DNA of 64,000 nucleotides from Podarcis filfolensis. Lineage: Eukaryota. Under the pieces are notes generated by a model. It made no database searches. It saw only the letters and a program-made list of their open reading frames with translations, and was not told where the DNA came from. The number at the start of each line of letters is the position of its first letter. The first letter of the stretch is position 1. The stretch lies in assembly GCA_964270895.1 (NCBI GenBank), contig OZ185440.1; one strand, given 5' to 3'. Shown in pieces: positions 63,780-64,000 of the stretch. A program made the position numbers and the translations under genes.

Positions 63780-64000
63780 ACTCTGTGTGCTCTAGGGAGG
63801 TCTGTGCCCTAGGAAGGGCAGACAAGCAGGGTCCGGTTTCACTGGCCTCCCAGGGAGGCAGCACCTTCCGCGTCCGACATGGAGTGAATGGGAGAAAGCA
63901 GGCAACATAGTATTGCGGCCGTTCCCAGTCCCGGGCGACCCCGAGGCAGCCCCTCGCCCTTCCCAGGAGGCGACCCCCGGTCCGCGCCCTCCTACTTACC
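63780..64000 (-). promoter_or_regulatory. SIKE1: Edge of the SIKE1 CpG island with a donor G|gtaagtagg at 63999 (end of a putative non-coding exon 1)
   Basis: CpG density rises at the window end; the window ends cctacttacc. Confidence 0.65.

Overview
Vertebrate (squamate, most likely lacertid lizard, judged from Sauria/Squam1-type SINEs) genomic DNA carrying the conserved AMPD1-NRAS-CSDE1-SIKE1 block, with all four genes on the minus strand. I reconstructed the exons by hand from splice signals, phase and recalled human protein sequences. The window holds the AMPD1 5' end (exon 1 plus the 12-nt microexon), complete NRAS (189 aa, 4 coding exons), complete CSDE1/UNR (796 aa, 18 coding exons, plus an optional 47-aa N-terminal exon, two non-coding exons and one GC-AG intron) and the complete SIKE1 CDS (213 aa, 5 coding exons). 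The remainder is CpG-island promoters, SINEs, hAT and Tc1/mariner MITEs, LINE fragments and microsatellites. Most six-frame ORFs are noise. I found no evidence of a new multi-gene system. The best leads are a Penelope-like remnant with a hammerhead-ribozyme core, a 120-bp spacer-less palindrome next to a CSDE1 exon, a much wider CSDE1-NRAS gap than in mammals, uORF architecture in the CSDE1 leader and a possible alternative AMPD1 first exon. All comparisons with human sequence are from memory and need alignment.
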